Below, in pieces: positions 54,050 through 64,000 of a stretch of DNA of 64,000 nucleotides. The translations under genes and the position numbers were made by a program. Position 1 is the first letter of the stretch. Every line of letters begins with the position of its first letter. The stretch covers positions 800,001 to 864,000 of the forward strand of contig CAWJQQ010000009.1 of assembly GCA_963845065.1 (NCBI GenBank). The letters run 5' to 3'. The stretch comes from Nitrospirota bacterium (GTDB lineage Bacteria; Nitrospirota; UBA9217). A model generated the notes under the pieces. That model searched no databases and was not told the origin of the DNA. It saw nothing but the letters and a program-made list of their open reading frames with translations.

Positions 54050-54697
54050 TCAATCAACAAGTCGAAAACGAAGCGGCACGTCCACCCAAGCAGATATCGG
54101 AATGTTCCCCTGCCGCGCGGGCACAAATGACCAACCTTGTACCGTGGTCAAGGCGGCTTGATCCAGCACTGACGATCCTGAGCTTTTCCCAAGATGGACG
54201 ATTTCCGGCTTCCCCTCAGAGCTGACAAGTACCTGTAGGATTACTGTGCCTTCCAGCTTCATTCGGCGGGCGATCGATGGATACGGGGGTTTTGGATTCT
54301 TGAGATAAGCAGCGTTAAAAACGGGGTCGACCAATACTGAGTCACTACTGTTAGACCCTGCTTCACGGGTATGTAGTGATTCATTTGCCGTTTTTTGATT
54401 GGATAATGCTTCCTGCGTCAACAACGGCTTCTGTACTATGGAAGTTTCAGGGGGTGCTTTCTGCTGTTGCACCACCGGCTTTGGAGCTTCCATTTTTTTT
54501 GCCGGCCTTTTCAATTGGCGCGTGATCCTTTCCTCCGAATCGTTTTTTGATGCATCTGCTGCGCCGGTAAGGATCCCGATCTCGATGGGAACGGACATGC
54601 CAGGCGCTACATTCAATCGGCTGACACTGAAGATCAGCGTGAACACCGCTGCATGAATAAGCAAGGAAACCTTTAAACCTGCGAGGTGGTATTTCAT
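54050..54697 (-). CDS. tonB: Energy transducer TonB
   Basis: SLLIHA TM motif; PPYPSIARRMKLEGTV; VPLRFRL. Confidence 0.92.
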   Translation of the reverse strand: MKYHLAGLKVSLLIHAAVFTLIFSVSRLNVAPGMSVPIEIGILTGAADASKNDSEERITRQLKRPAKKMEAPKPVVQQQKAPPETSIVQKPLLTQEALSNQKTANESLHTREAGSNSSDSVLVDPVFNAAYLKNPKPPYPSIARRMKLEGTVILQVLVSSEGKPEIVHLGKSSGSSVLDQAALTTVQGWSFVPARQGNIPISAWVDVPLRFRLVD

Positions 54698-55074
54698 TTC
54701 ATCTCTTCTGTCTGCAAACTGACCCGCTTGAACTCGATGTTTTTCACGACATCGAGGACATCAACAAAGGCCTGAAGGTGGCTATTTCTGTCAGCTCTGA
54801 TGAGGACCGGCGTTTCCTTCGGTCTTGCTTTCAGCGAGTCTTTTAACTCGTCCAGCGATACACGTTGCGAGTTCAGATAGATGCTTCCGTTTACGCTTAT
54901 TTCGATGGTCAGTGACTTTACTATATCTGCCGGGCTCTTTGACGCCTTGGGAAGTTCAACGGGAAGCGCTCCCGTTGCAATAAAGGTAGATGTTGTAAGT
55001 ACGATGGTGAGAAGCACAAGCATCACGTCAACAAGAGGAATGACGTTGATGTAATCAAACTCTTTCTCGTCCAT
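54694..55074 (-). CDS. exbD: Biopolymer transport protein ExbD
   Basis: INVIPLVDVMLVLL and IRAD motifs. Confidence 0.93.
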   Translation of the reverse strand: MDEKEFDYINVIPLVDVMLVLLTIVLTTSTFIATGALPVELPKASKSPADIVKSLTIEISVNGSIYLNSQRVSLDELKDSLKARPKETPVLIRADRNSHLQAFVDVLDVVKNIEFKRVSLQTEEMK

Positions 55075-55489
55075 TTTGAATCTCCCATTGCATCATCAGG
55101 ACTTTTGCCCTTCTCACCAGAAGGTTATAAAGGACAACAGATGGAATAGCGACAAGCAATCCTGCGGCGGTAGCCTTCAAGGCGAGTGAAAGGCCAACCA
55201 TGATCTTCCCTGAGTCCATGAAGCCCTCTTTTCCCATGGTATAAAAAGTGAGCATGATACCAAGCACCGTGCCAAGTAACCCGATATAGGGAGCATTGCT
55301 TCCTATGGTAGCAATGAAATGAAGCTTCTCTGTAAGCACCAATTCTAGGCTCTTCATATCATGGTATTGCTCTATGTTAAGATTCTTGTATACAAGATGC
55401 CTTTCAACTGCTATAGCAATAGCTACAATACTTAAGAGCAGCATTAACCCCATGATTCCGTAATCTATAGCGACTCTGAGCCATTCCAT
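55055..55489 (-). CDS. exbB: Biopolymer transport protein ExbB (short type)
   Basis: APYIGLLGTVLGIM and ALKATAAGLLVAIP motifs. Confidence 0.93.
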   Translation of the reverse strand: MEWLRVAIDYGIMGLMLLLSIVAIAIAVERHLVYKNLNIEQYHDMKSLELVLTEKLHFIATIGSNAPYIGLLGTVLGIMLTFYTMGKEGFMDSGKIMVGLSLALKATAAGLLVAIPSVVLYNLLVRRAKVLMMQWEIQNGRERV

Positions 55490-55766
55490 AGTATTCTCAC
55501 TCCTCTGCCGTTACAGCATTTTTGTCACGACAAAATATTTTTAACGTGCGATGTCCTTTATCTAGAGATGGTCGTCTCGATTCGTTAAATTATTGATACA
55601 GAACGCAGCTTCTGCTGGAATAGCTTCCAGCACTTTTACCTAGCGATATCGCTTAGACAACCAGCAATTCCCGCATTACAATTGAGAGATGAACCGATTC
55701 AGCGTTTGCAACACAAGAGCGGCTATGTTATTCACAATATTACAGGCATAATTGTCATATATGACG

Positions 55767-55812
55767 GTGTTACGTTTTGTATTTTAGTAACACACCTGGA
55801 TTGATCTGTCAA
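55767..55812 (-). promoter_or_regulatory. NikR-type operator overlapping a predicted promoter
   Basis: Perfect GTGTTAC-N13-GTAACAC (55767-55793); minus-strand TTGACA at 55812-55807. Confidence 0.75.
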
Positions 55813-56114
55813 GTAATTTTTCAGACAAAAGATGGGCGAGTGTAATTTATTTTAAATTGAGGGGGTTATGCTTTTGGGAGGCTAATTATCGGAATGCTGA
55901 CTTATAGAATTCAGTCAGAACTATGTGTTATTCTAGCTCTATTACCCTCGTTGTCATGATCAGTTTCCATGCATCACGCCTTTTTCCCGATTAGACGATA
56001 GGAGATTTTTCCTATTCGCGTGACACTCTCCCGTTACGTTCAATACTTCAAGGCAGTTGTTGACATCGAACTTATTGCCTTGCAGACTATCAACGGAAAC
56101 GACGCAGCGTGTAA

Positions 56115-56850
56115 TTTCAAAAGCTAAACCCCCGACCAGGGCCGGGGAGAATAGATGAAAACTATGCTGCAGTATTTGAAAAAGAAAAGCTCCTTTCCAA
56201 CAATAAGACCGCTGTTCCAATGGTCATCGTAAGAAAAGAGCATACAGGTGATGGAAAATTTAGCAAACACAGTCCATGAATGTAAATATCATATTTAATT
56301 TGTGCCCGAAGTTCAGAAGGAAAGGCATATACGGACGACTTCGATAGGAGATTGGCCTTATATTGCGTCAGTTGTGTTAATACAAAGGCGTAGGGGAAGG
56401 GAAAGCTTTTATAGACCACACCCCTATGTGTCTGTCGATCACGCCCAAATATGCAGTAGCGACCATCGTGGGGTATATAAAGGGAAAAAGCGCGATGATT
56501 GTGTTTAAACAGTACGGAAAAACACAAACGTAATTTCAAAGGTCATAGTTTTTGGACATACGGGTACTATGTCAGTACGGTGGGGCTGGATGAAGAGAAG
56601 ATAAGGAAATACATCAGGGATCAGGGAATCAATGAATCGATTGTAGATAAGTATGAGCGGATGTGCATGACCCTTTTAGGGTTGCCTGTAGTAGGAAGCA
56701 ATTAGAAACCAACAATCCACGTAACGCGAATGGTTAACGGAACGGCCAATTGCACCACGATCAACAGAAAGAAAAGATAACCCTTAAGGGATGCAAGTAA
56801 TACGTCTCCCAATGGAGCTTAAACAAACCACCGGCTACGCCGGAGGTCAT
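56115..56850 (+). pseudogene. tnpA: Degraded IS200-type tnpA (Y1 transposase) element
   Basis: ECKYHI, PKYAVATIVGYIKGKSA and FWTYGYYVSTVGLDEEKIRKYIRDQ in shifting frames; terminal hairpins at about 56128 and 56826. Confidence 0.8.
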
Positions 56851-57455
56851 GTTTTATTGGAGAGACAAAAACTGCCAAGTACGTCTCGCATTTGCTGTTC
56901 AATAAGCTGTTGGACAGGCGGCAGTTCTCTTACTATTATTTTAGCTGCCTCATCCATAAGGTCCTTATGGGATGAAATATCTTTAGATTCCAAGTGAAGA
57001 GAATCACCACGTGATAAAATTTGATGAAAATTAGAAGTTATGCCGACAGTGGAAAAGGCATTGATACATTTTTGAATTAGATTTTCAATTTGCATACAGA
57101 AATCTTCGTCTAAGTAGAGTCGGTTCTGATAGAAACATTCTTGAAAGGTAACAAAGTGTTGGACTGCTTGAACATGTTGCTCTTCGGGCGAAGACTCACC
57201 CTGAAACCTACCGGCGCGAATTGATGCCAGTAACGAGCCACGAAGATGGTCCATTGACTTATAAAGCGTGTCGATTGCATCTGCCCTTCGTTTGTGTAAA
57301 TGGATAAAGCGTGTGTCATGTTCAGAAAGAAGTTCTTGAAGATGGCCTATAATTTTCATCTGCTTCTTTAGTGACAGGTAGATTATGCTCCCGCCGATCA
57401 CGATAACAAATAATGTAATTAATGTAATGAAAGAGATGTTATTAGCAACGTCCAT
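56847..57455 (-). CDS. Hypothetical protein with N-terminal TM helix
   Basis: GAGG RBS; single hydrophobic helix; family not recognised. Confidence 0.65.
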   Translation of the reverse strand: MDVANNISFITLITLFVIVIGGSIIYLSLKKQMKIIGHLQELLSEHDTRFIHLHKRRADAIDTLYKSMDHLRGSLLASIRAGRFQGESSPEEQHVQAVQHFVTFQECFYQNRLYLDEDFCMQIENLIQKCINAFSTVGITSNFHQILSRGDSLHLESKDISSHKDLMDEAAKIIVRELPPVQQLIEQQMRDVLGSFCLSNKT

Positions 57456-57522
57456 TGGCAACCCCCCCTCAACCAACAACTTCGTTTACAATATTTGTTT
57501 AAGATAATCTTAACGACCGCAC

Positions 57523-57783
57523 TTAATGCTTGTGGTCGTGCTTTTCAGTATAGTGGTTCGCATGATCATGATCGTGTTTGACGTGTTCGTCCAGGTGATT
57601 GTCACTATGCATGTTTTGCTCCGGAGCATGCTGATGATCGTAAGCATGATCATGGGGATGCTCGTGAGCATGCCCATGCTCGTGTTCATGGATATGACTC
57701 TCCCCGTCATGGGAATGTTCGTGACGATGTTTATGCTCGTGTTCATGTGAATGTTTATGACTGTGTATGCTTTCTCCGTCCAT
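57523..57783 (-). CDS. Very His-rich small protein (candidate nickel storage/chaperone)
   Basis: AAGGAG RBS; alternating HxHxH tracts over 86 aa. Confidence 0.75.
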   Translation of the reverse strand: MDGESIHSHKHSHEHEHKHRHEHSHDGESHIHEHEHGHAHEHPHDHAYDHQHAPEQNMHSDNHLDEHVKHDHDHANHYTEKHDHKH

Positions 57784-58447
57784 AATCAAGTCTCCTTTAA
57801 CTTTTCTTGGTATTTGCCATTCAACCATTCTATTTCTATTATACTATTTCTTAACCTGCCATCAAGTTAAGATGGCGCATATTGTGCAAATGTTTTTTAC
57901 GATGTATTTAATATGGAACCTCGTTGTTTCTAAAAAGTATGTTGCTGGATATCCCTTACTTATTCTTTTATCTTTTATAACCCAAACCTGCAAGCCGGAA
58001 CCAACACGTTTAGAAAAACCATGCTACTATTAGCCTCTTCTCTTTGCCGGCATGGAGGTTATCATGATAATCCCGGAACGCTATCAGGATCATATATTTG
58101 GTACTCTAACCTACTGTGACTGAATGATGAAGCAGGGCACACTACCCGGCTGGCGCTAAAGTCAGAGGATAACAACTTTTTTCCATGCCCGTCAGATCAA
58201 GATATTTGAGATGCCAAGTTCACCCAAGCGTAAATCGGGAAGACTTACAAGTTCTACATTTACAAACTAGGTAAGGCCAAGATCACAGCGGGACCGATCA
58301 TTCGAAATATGTCTCTAATCCAACAATTGGCACATATTTGATGCATGATCGGTAAAGACATTTGCCAAATTTAAGCAGCTTTTTGATCCTTTAGTTGCCA
58401 ATGAAGAAGCACCTACGGCGGATTCTCTGGTGAATGTTTTCTCCATT

Positions 58448-58831
58448 TCATTTCTTTTTCAGTACTTTCGTTCGTGCCTTTCGGCGAGCTTTGGCATGCA
58501 CTTCAGTGCTCGTGCCTTCGAGCACCTTGATCTGTGCTTCAAGGGCTTGAATCCGGGCAACAAGCTCCTTCACCCCTGCGTCGAGAGTGGGGTTTTTGGC
58601 TTTGGCACCGTTCATAAGTTGATATGTTTTTGCGCCGAGATCAGCAATCGTGTCATGGATCTTTGCTTTGAGTCTTAATATCTTGTACTGTCGTTTTCCT
58701 TCTTCTGTGAGTTCCCCGGCTTTCTTCTGCACCACAACGGCGCCTTGCTTCACTGCCGTCATGCTTTTTTCCAGACCTTGATGCAGATCCTTCTTGATTG
58801 CGTCCCAGTTGAAACCCTCGAGATAGCCCAT
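58448..58831 (-). CDS. Hypothetical coiled-coil protein
   Basis: AGGAGG RBS; helical; basic C-terminus. Confidence 0.75.
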   Translation of the reverse strand: MGYLEGFNWDAIKKDLHQGLEKSMTAVKQGAVVVQKKAGELTEEGKRQYKILRLKAKIHDTIADLGAKTYQLMNGAKAKNPTLDAGVKELVARIQALEAQIKVLEGTSTEVHAKARRKARTKVLKKK

Positions 58832-59101
58832 ATCGATCACCTCCTGTTGGAATGGAATACTCATTGTTTTATTATCATTGTAACATAATGGACGTAATTC
58901 CGGTGATACAATACATTAAGAAATGTGAATTGAATAAGTGACAGTGGATTTATAGCGGCAAAAGCGTCAAGATCCATATTCATACAATCAATTAAGGTTT
59001 ACTTGCCATGAAATCCTACGGCTAGACCTTACTATCATTGCTCCCTTCCAGATTATCCCCAACCGAGAGGGAAGCACACAGAGAGGTAAAAAACTATTGA
59101 T

Positions 59102-59220
59102 ATGTACACAGAGAATCAAAAAAAAGACGATGCGAGTGAATGGGTGATCCTCCTGCACGGCCTTGGCCGCTACAGACAGTCTATGCGAGGGCTCCCGCGG
59201 ATTCTAAAAAGCTTACAGCT
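59102..59220 (+). pseudogene. Alpha/beta-hydrolase N-terminal fragment
   Basis: EWVILLHGLGR..SM, after which similarity is lost. Confidence 0.45.
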
Positions 59221-59346
59221 GGGTCAGCAAAGTTCTGGCCGGTGCGAAACCGCTCCGCTAAGGCGGTATCGAGTCTGGTTCTCCAATCTACAAATTTGCA
59301 GACTGCTTTTTATGAGCGCCTTTAAGAATTCAGGAGACAAGCGAAC

Positions 59347-59757
59347 ATGACAAAAAAAAGCATGCTGGTTGCCTGTGCAATTATAGAACATGATGGCAAG
59401 ATACTAGCAGTCCAGCGCAGCGAACACATGAACCTGCCATACAAATGGGAGTTTCCCGGCGGGAAAATCATGAAAGGCGAATCGCCTGAACAGTGCGTTG
59501 TCCGTGAAGTGTCTGAAGAGCTGAGTCTGCAGATAGAAGTCGGTCAATCATTGCCATCCGTAAACTATGACTATCCGGATATTTCCGTAACGCTTTACCC
59601 CTTCATTTGCGCTATGGTTTCGGGTGTGATCACGCTGCACGAACATAAAACAATGCGTTGGTTATCAACACACGAGTTATGTTCACTCGACTGGCTTGCT
59701 GCGGATTTTCCGATTATTGCAGCATACCGTGATAAGCTGAACAGGCATTCGTCATAA
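59347..59757 (+). CDS. MutT/NudG-type NUDIX hydrolase
   Basis: WEFPGGK..GESPEQCVVREVSEEL; WLAADFP. Confidence 0.9.
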   Translation: MTKKSMLVACAIIEHDGKILAVQRSEHMNLPYKWEFPGGKIMKGESPEQCVVREVSEELSLQIEVGQSLPSVNYDYPDISVTLYPFICAMVSGVITLHEHKTMRWLSTHELCSLDWLAADFPIIAAYRDKLNRHSS

Positions 59758-59926
59758 GGAACATTAAGACATAGACCGGGGTAGAAAAGCCATTGCAATT
59801 CATCGTTTTACCTGCCTCTTTCCCTATGAAGCATTCTGTACAGTCTTTTCCTTTATAATATCGTGGTCAAATTATACAACTTATACATCATTCCAGGCAC
59901 GTTGAAGTTCGGTACTTATCGATTAA

Positions 59927-59986
59927 GACCGGCCTGAACACCGGGGAGGGGAGCATAAGGTGTCTAGGGAAGTGTTCAGGCCGGTC
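59927..59986. repeat. 15-bp perfect inverted repeat with a 30-nt loop
   Basis: GACCGGCCTGAACAC (59927-59941) and GTGTTCAGGCCGGTC (59972-59986). Confidence 0.85.
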
Positions 59987-60708
59987 CACAATCGCTGCTT
60001 GATCCTGATATCCTCAGAACTATATTTTAACACCAGCCAGTTTTTTTTAATTTCCGTCCGATGTCCTGGCTAAATACCTTTGCCACGATACTTTGATATA
60101 CCCTATCAAGTCGTTGAGCCTGTCTTGCCACTGAGTCCCTGAATGAGAAGGCCCTTTTGCCCCGGCTTGCGTATTCTCATCCCGTAGGGAGTACCAGTAA
60201 CCGAGTTATCAAAAAGTAACCGCAAAAGCCTTATGATACATCAGACGGATCACTGCGAGCCGACATGCGTATATTGCTCTGCCGCAACGATCGGGATTTT
60301 CTCAACGGTAGGTAGAATCGTGTTATACATTTCTGACCAGATAAGTCCATGCGGCCTGCGAAGCCAAGCGTATCACTTTGTACGAATTAACGTTGCTGAA
60401 ACAATTCTTCATCTCTTCAGCAATCCTTCAGTGCGCTCTCGTCAAGGGTTGGACTATTTCTCATTATCGCACTATAGCGCAGTTTTGTTACAGCATGATG
60501 ACGGTAAAGTTAAATCTTAATAAATACGACTCAGGTCAGAGCAGTGTGTCGATTTTTTTCGGAGAGGAACATGCGGGAGAAAATTATTTATGGTGAACGG
60601 ATAATTTAGATTCAGGTAGGCTGATAATGATAATGAAAACATAAGGAGTTCAAGTTGTTACGGTCATTATAGAGCATGCTTTTCGACAGAAATATGACTT
60701 AAGGATAT

Positions 60709-60762
60709 TTAACAAAACTTTCACGATTCCTTAATAACCATGTAACAGACGTATCGTATAGT
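60709..60762 (+). promoter_or_regulatory. Pho-box-like direct repeats and -10 element of the phn operon
   Basis: TTAACA/TTCACG/TTAATA/GTAACA at 60709/60720/60731/60742 (11-bp period); TATAGT at 60757. Confidence 0.75.
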
Positions 60763-60845
60763 ATTTCAAAAATAGCACACTCGTCAACTGCAAGGTGTCA
60801 CCTTAAATGTTAAAGAATGAAAATGATAATTTGCAAAAAAGGTGC

Positions 60846-61370
60846 ATGTCGTCTCTCAAAGAAATTCGGGAGGCAGTCCTGATACGTGAAGCTTCGGAAG
60901 TTGATCTCGCTGCCATCCTTGCCATCTATTCTCAGCTCGGCATGGAAGACGGTGCTGTCCTTTCCTGGGATGATGCAAAAAAGATCTTTAATCAGATGAA
61001 GACCTATCCTGACTATACTGTCTATGTAGCAGTTTATGGGACTACGGTTGTGGGGTCTTTCGCTTTACTGATCATGGACAATCTCGGCCACAAGGGTGCG
61101 CCGTCAGGGGTCGTGGAGGACGTCATCGTCCATCAGGACTGGAGAGGGAGAGGCATTGGGAGAACGATGATGGAGGAAGCAATGTCTTTGTGCGCAAGTA
61201 AGGGTTGTTACAAGCTTGCTTTGACTTCGAATAAACTTCGCCACAACGCGCATGTGTTTTACAAGGTATTGGGGTTTGATGTGCATGGATTCAGTTATAG
61301 TATACCCGTTGGAATAAGCAGACACCCAACCGGGCTGTGCGATGGGGCTGATAGGGGAGCTTCGTCATGA
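60846..61370 (+). CDS. GNAT acetyltransferase, PhnO-like
   Basis: VEDVIV..WRGRGIG and GCYKLALTS..AH.FY..LGF; first gene of the phn operon. Confidence 0.8.
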   Translation: MSSLKEIREAVLIREASEVDLAAILAIYSQLGMEDGAVLSWDDAKKIFNQMKTYPDYTVYVAVYGTTVVGSFALLIMDNLGHKGAPSGVVEDVIVHQDWRGRGIGRTMMEEAMSLCASKGCYKLALTSNKLRHNAHVFYKVLGFDVHGFSYSIPVGISRHPTGLCDGADRGASS

Positions 61371-62530
61371 GTATGTTGGAAAAAGATTTTATAATTGAAA
61401 ACGCTTCTCTTGTCTGTCCGGAAGGGATCATCGAGGATGGAACACTCACTATAGAGAATGGACTTATCACAGAGGTGCGCTCAGGTCGTTTACCCGGAGA
61501 TCAGAAAAGGATCGACGCAAAAGGCAAATTGGTCCTTCCTGGTTTTGTTGACATTCACAGTGACGCCATTGAAAAAGAGATCGAGCCGAGACCACGGTCT
61601 TATTTCCCCTTCGATATTGCTATCGCCGAGCTCGATAAGAAGATGGCTGCAAGCGGCATTACGACTATTTATCATTCCCTGTCGTTTGCAGAGCACGAAA
61701 TCGGCCTCAGAAAAAATGAGACTGCAGCGACGATTGTAAAAAAAATAAACACGATGGTCCCGAATCTGAGCGTAAACACGAAAGTGCATGTCCGCTATGA
61801 GATAACCGATACCACTGCCGTGACCAGCCTTGAAGAATTGGTACGTGGCGGTTCCGTTCACCTTATGTCGTTTATGGACCACACGCCTGGCCAAGGCCAG
61901 TTCAAAGAAGTGATGGAGTTCAAGAATTACTTCGGGACAGTGTATCAGAAACACAGCACGGAACTTGACTGCATGATTGAAAGGAAGCTCAGCGTTCTCC
62001 GGGACACGAAGGAAGCAATGCTGGGTTATCTTATCGGCCTCTGCAAACGATATGAAATCCCCCTTGCTTCCCATGACGATGATACGGCCGAAAAAATAGA
62101 CTGGATGCAGTCCATGGGCATCACCATAACCGAGTTTCCCGTGAATATCGAAGCAGCCCACTATGCAAGTATCAAGGGTTTGTATGTCTGCGTTGGGGCA
62201 CCGAACATCCTCCGGGGCGGCTCGGTGATCAAGAATCTCAGTGCGCGTCAGGCAGTGAGTGATCGCTGTGTTGATATCATATGTTCGGATTATGTGCCCA
62301 TGGCGATGCTTCATGCCGTGTTTATTTTGCACAGGACGTTGGCACTCCCTCTCCATGAGGTGGCAAAAATGGCGAGTTTTTACCCTGCGGAAGCTGTCGG
62401 CATAAGTGGCTATACCGGTTCGCTTGAAGCGGGCAAGGTAGCTGACCTGATTATCGTCGACCAGACCGATTCAATACCAAGAATAAAAAAAACATTCGTA
62501 TCAGGAAGGGAAGTCTTTTCTACATATTAA
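61367..62530 (+). CDS. phnM: Alpha-D-ribose 1-methylphosphonate 5-triphosphate diphosphatase
   Basis: PGFVDIHSD, SFMDHTPGQGQF, ASHDD, EFP, GAPNILRGGS and SDY motifs. Confidence 0.93.
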   Translation: MSMLEKDFIIENASLVCPEGIIEDGTLTIENGLITEVRSGRLPGDQKRIDAKGKLVLPGFVDIHSDAIEKEIEPRPRSYFPFDIAIAELDKKMAASGITTIYHSLSFAEHEIGLRKNETAATIVKKINTMVPNLSVNTKVHVRYEITDTTAVTSLEELVRGGSVHLMSFMDHTPGQGQFKEVMEFKNYFGTVYQKHSTELDCMIERKLSVLRDTKEAMLGYLIGLCKRYEIPLASHDDDTAEKIDWMQSMGITITEFPVNIEAAHYASIKGLYVCVGAPNILRGGSVIKNLSARQAVSDRCVDIICSDYVPMAMLHAVFILHRTLALPLHEVAKMASFYPAEAVGISGYTGSLEAGKVADLIIVDQTDSIPRIKKTFVSGREVFSTY

Positions 62531-62620
62531 GACCGCAAAGCAGGCTTTCGTTACTTATCACGGCCGCCGTACGTGAGAACGAATGATCGCGCATGAGTGA
62601 TATCATGGTTGTGTAAGATT

Positions 62621-63040
62621 ATGGATACTTCCTTCAATACACTAGTAGTGAAAATGGACGACAAATCGCTCTCCCGTCTTCAGCGTTTGTTGCCGTTAGA
62701 AGAGATTTCGGTTACCAAGGCACCAGAAACTGGCCTGATCATGATGACGGCACGTGACTGCTTTGATACGGATTTCTGCCTTGGTGAAATTCTAGTGACC
62801 GTTGCAGAAACACAGATTGAGAACGCGCAAGGATACTCTATGGTTCTCGGTGACAATCCTCGCAAAGCCATCATAAGTGCGTCGCTGGACGCAATATTCA
62901 ATGGCAATGACTCAAAATTAAAGGCAAAGCTCATTCGCTGCCTCCGCTCTTTTGAAAAACGACACATGAACCAGCAGAGAACGGAATCACTGTTGCCGGC
63001 ATCGACGCGCGTTCAGTTCGATGCCATGCCGGAAGGATGA
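62621..63040 (+). CDS. phnG: C-P lyase subunit PhnG
   Basis: PETGLIM..F.LGEILVT and TRVQF motifs; start uncertain. Confidence 0.85.
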   Translation: MDTSFNTLVVKMDDKSLSRLQRLLPLEEISVTKAPETGLIMMTARDCFDTDFCLGEILVTVAETQIENAQGYSMVLGDNPRKAIISASLDAIFNGNDSKLKAKLIRCLRSFEKRHMNQQRTESLLPASTRVQFDAMPEG

Positions 63041-63621
63041 GCCCGATGAATATGGAAATCCAGACACAACAGGCCTTCCGTACGATCATGCGGGCAATGT
63101 CATACCCTGGCACCATCCATCACCTTGCTAATCACAATTCTCGCAAGATAGGGACCACAAGCTTGCAACTAGTAGCCGAGGCGCTGTTCGATCAGGACGT
63201 GGCGTTCTGCGTTATCGGAGATCACGAGACGCGGGAGCTTGAAGACATTTTGTGTAAACGGACCAACAGCACGGTAACCGAGCTTTCGATTGCTGATTTT
63301 ATTATCGTGACAAAAGGCGTTAGCACGGGAAAACTGCTTTCTGCAAAGACGGGTATTCCCGAATACCCTGACCGGAGTGCTACGGTACTCTTTAGCATTG
63401 AGTCGTTGGCAGATGGCAGTGCCAGCGATTTCCTAGTCCGGCTTACCGGTCCGGGAATATTGGGTGAAAAATATATTCAGATACATGGGCTTGATCATGA
63501 GGAACTGTGTCATCTGCGGGAATTAAACAGCGGATACCCTCTTGGTGTTGACAGCATCTTTCTCGATCAACAAGATCGCATCATGTGCATACCGCGGTCC
63601 GCGAAGATCCAATTGAGGTAA
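63037..63621 (+). CDS. phnH: C-P lyase subunit PhnH
   Basis: QQAFR..M.AMSYPG, G..EYPDRSAT, LTGPGI, YPLGVD and IPRS motifs. Confidence 0.92.
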   Translation: MSPMNMEIQTQQAFRTIMRAMSYPGTIHHLANHNSRKIGTTSLQLVAEALFDQDVAFCVIGDHETRELEDILCKRTNSTVTELSIADFIIVTKGVSTGKLLSAKTGIPEYPDRSATVLFSIESLADGSASDFLVRLTGPGILGEKYIQIHGLDHEELCHLRELNSGYPLGVDSIFLDQQDRIMCIPRSAKIQLR

Positions 63622-63625
63622 GGGC

Positions 63626-64000
63626 ATGGCTTATGTGGCAGTGAAGGGCGGTAGGGTCGCCATAGAAAACGCGGCCAAGTACCTCGATTTAGAACGCGTC
63701 AGAGGAAAATCAACACCGCTCGAAGTTGAACAGATAAAGGAACAGCTCCACCTTCTCGTTGACCGGGTCATGGGAGAAGGATCGCTGTATGCTCCGGACC
63801 TTGCAGCGTTGGCTATCAAACAGTCCAGTGGGGACATGCTTGAGTCTGCCTTCATTCTTCGAGCCTATCGGACGACACAGTCGAGACTGGGTGTCACATT
63901 GCCCGGCCCGGCGCGCGAGATGAGGATCATACGTAGAATATCAGCAGCATTCAAGGATATCCCGGGAGGCCAGGTGCTCGGACCGACACCGGACTATAGC
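63626..64000 (+). CDS. phnI: C-P lyase subunit PhnI (runs off the window end)
   Basis: MAYVAVKGG..AI, VDRVMGEGSLYAPDLAALAIKQ and RRISAAFKDIPGGQVLGPT.DY. Confidence 0.93.
   Translation, partial: MAYVAVKGGRVAIENAAKYLDLERVRGKSTPLEVEQIKEQLHLLVDRVMGEGSLYAPDLAALAIKQSSGDMLESAFILRAYRTTQSRLGVTLPGPAREMRIIRRISAAFKDIPGGQVLGPTPDYS

Noticed and set aside
57526..57750. Met/Val-rich hydrophobic ORF on the plus strand
   Set aside because: Antisense consequence of the His codons on the minus strand.
60125..60155. Cobalamin riboswitch fragment (GCCACTG..GAAGGC)
   Set aside because: Upstream core motifs are absent and no adjacent gene fits.

Overview
Accessory-rich 64 kb bacterial chromosome segment. Gene content suggests a Gram-negative anaerobe, possibly Nitrospirota- or Desulfobacterota-like (inference). 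In order, the main loci are: the 3' end of an ArsS-like radical SAM gene with a probable selenocysteine UGA plus SECIS, glucokinase, a MerA/Lpd-like oxidoreductase, a flavin reductase and bacterioferritin; a five-gene Rieske/cytochrome b operon bracketed by two paralogous pentaheme cytochromes c; a SRAP/lexA/dinB SOS cassette with a GAAC-N4-GTTC box and an apparently leaderless lexA; a PagL-like beta-barrel, fabZ-like gene and tatA; an exbB-exbD-tonB-TBDR operon with a NikR-type box and a nearby His-rich protein; and the start of a Pho-box-led C-P lyase (phn) operon. About nine lipoprotein genes, most of them repeat-rich, are spread through the window. Mobile DNA is dense: one intact TnpB-only IS605 element, one singly frameshifted TnpB element, several TnpB/omegaRNA relics, an intact IS66 with an 8-bp target duplication, and relics of IS110, IS3, IS200, a tyrosine integrase and a group II intron end. 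Two TnpB half-elements are arranged as expected for a ~25 kb inversion that separated two NHL-repeat paralogs. No rRNA, intact tRNA or CRISPR array was seen. All family calls come from motif recognition, not database searches.
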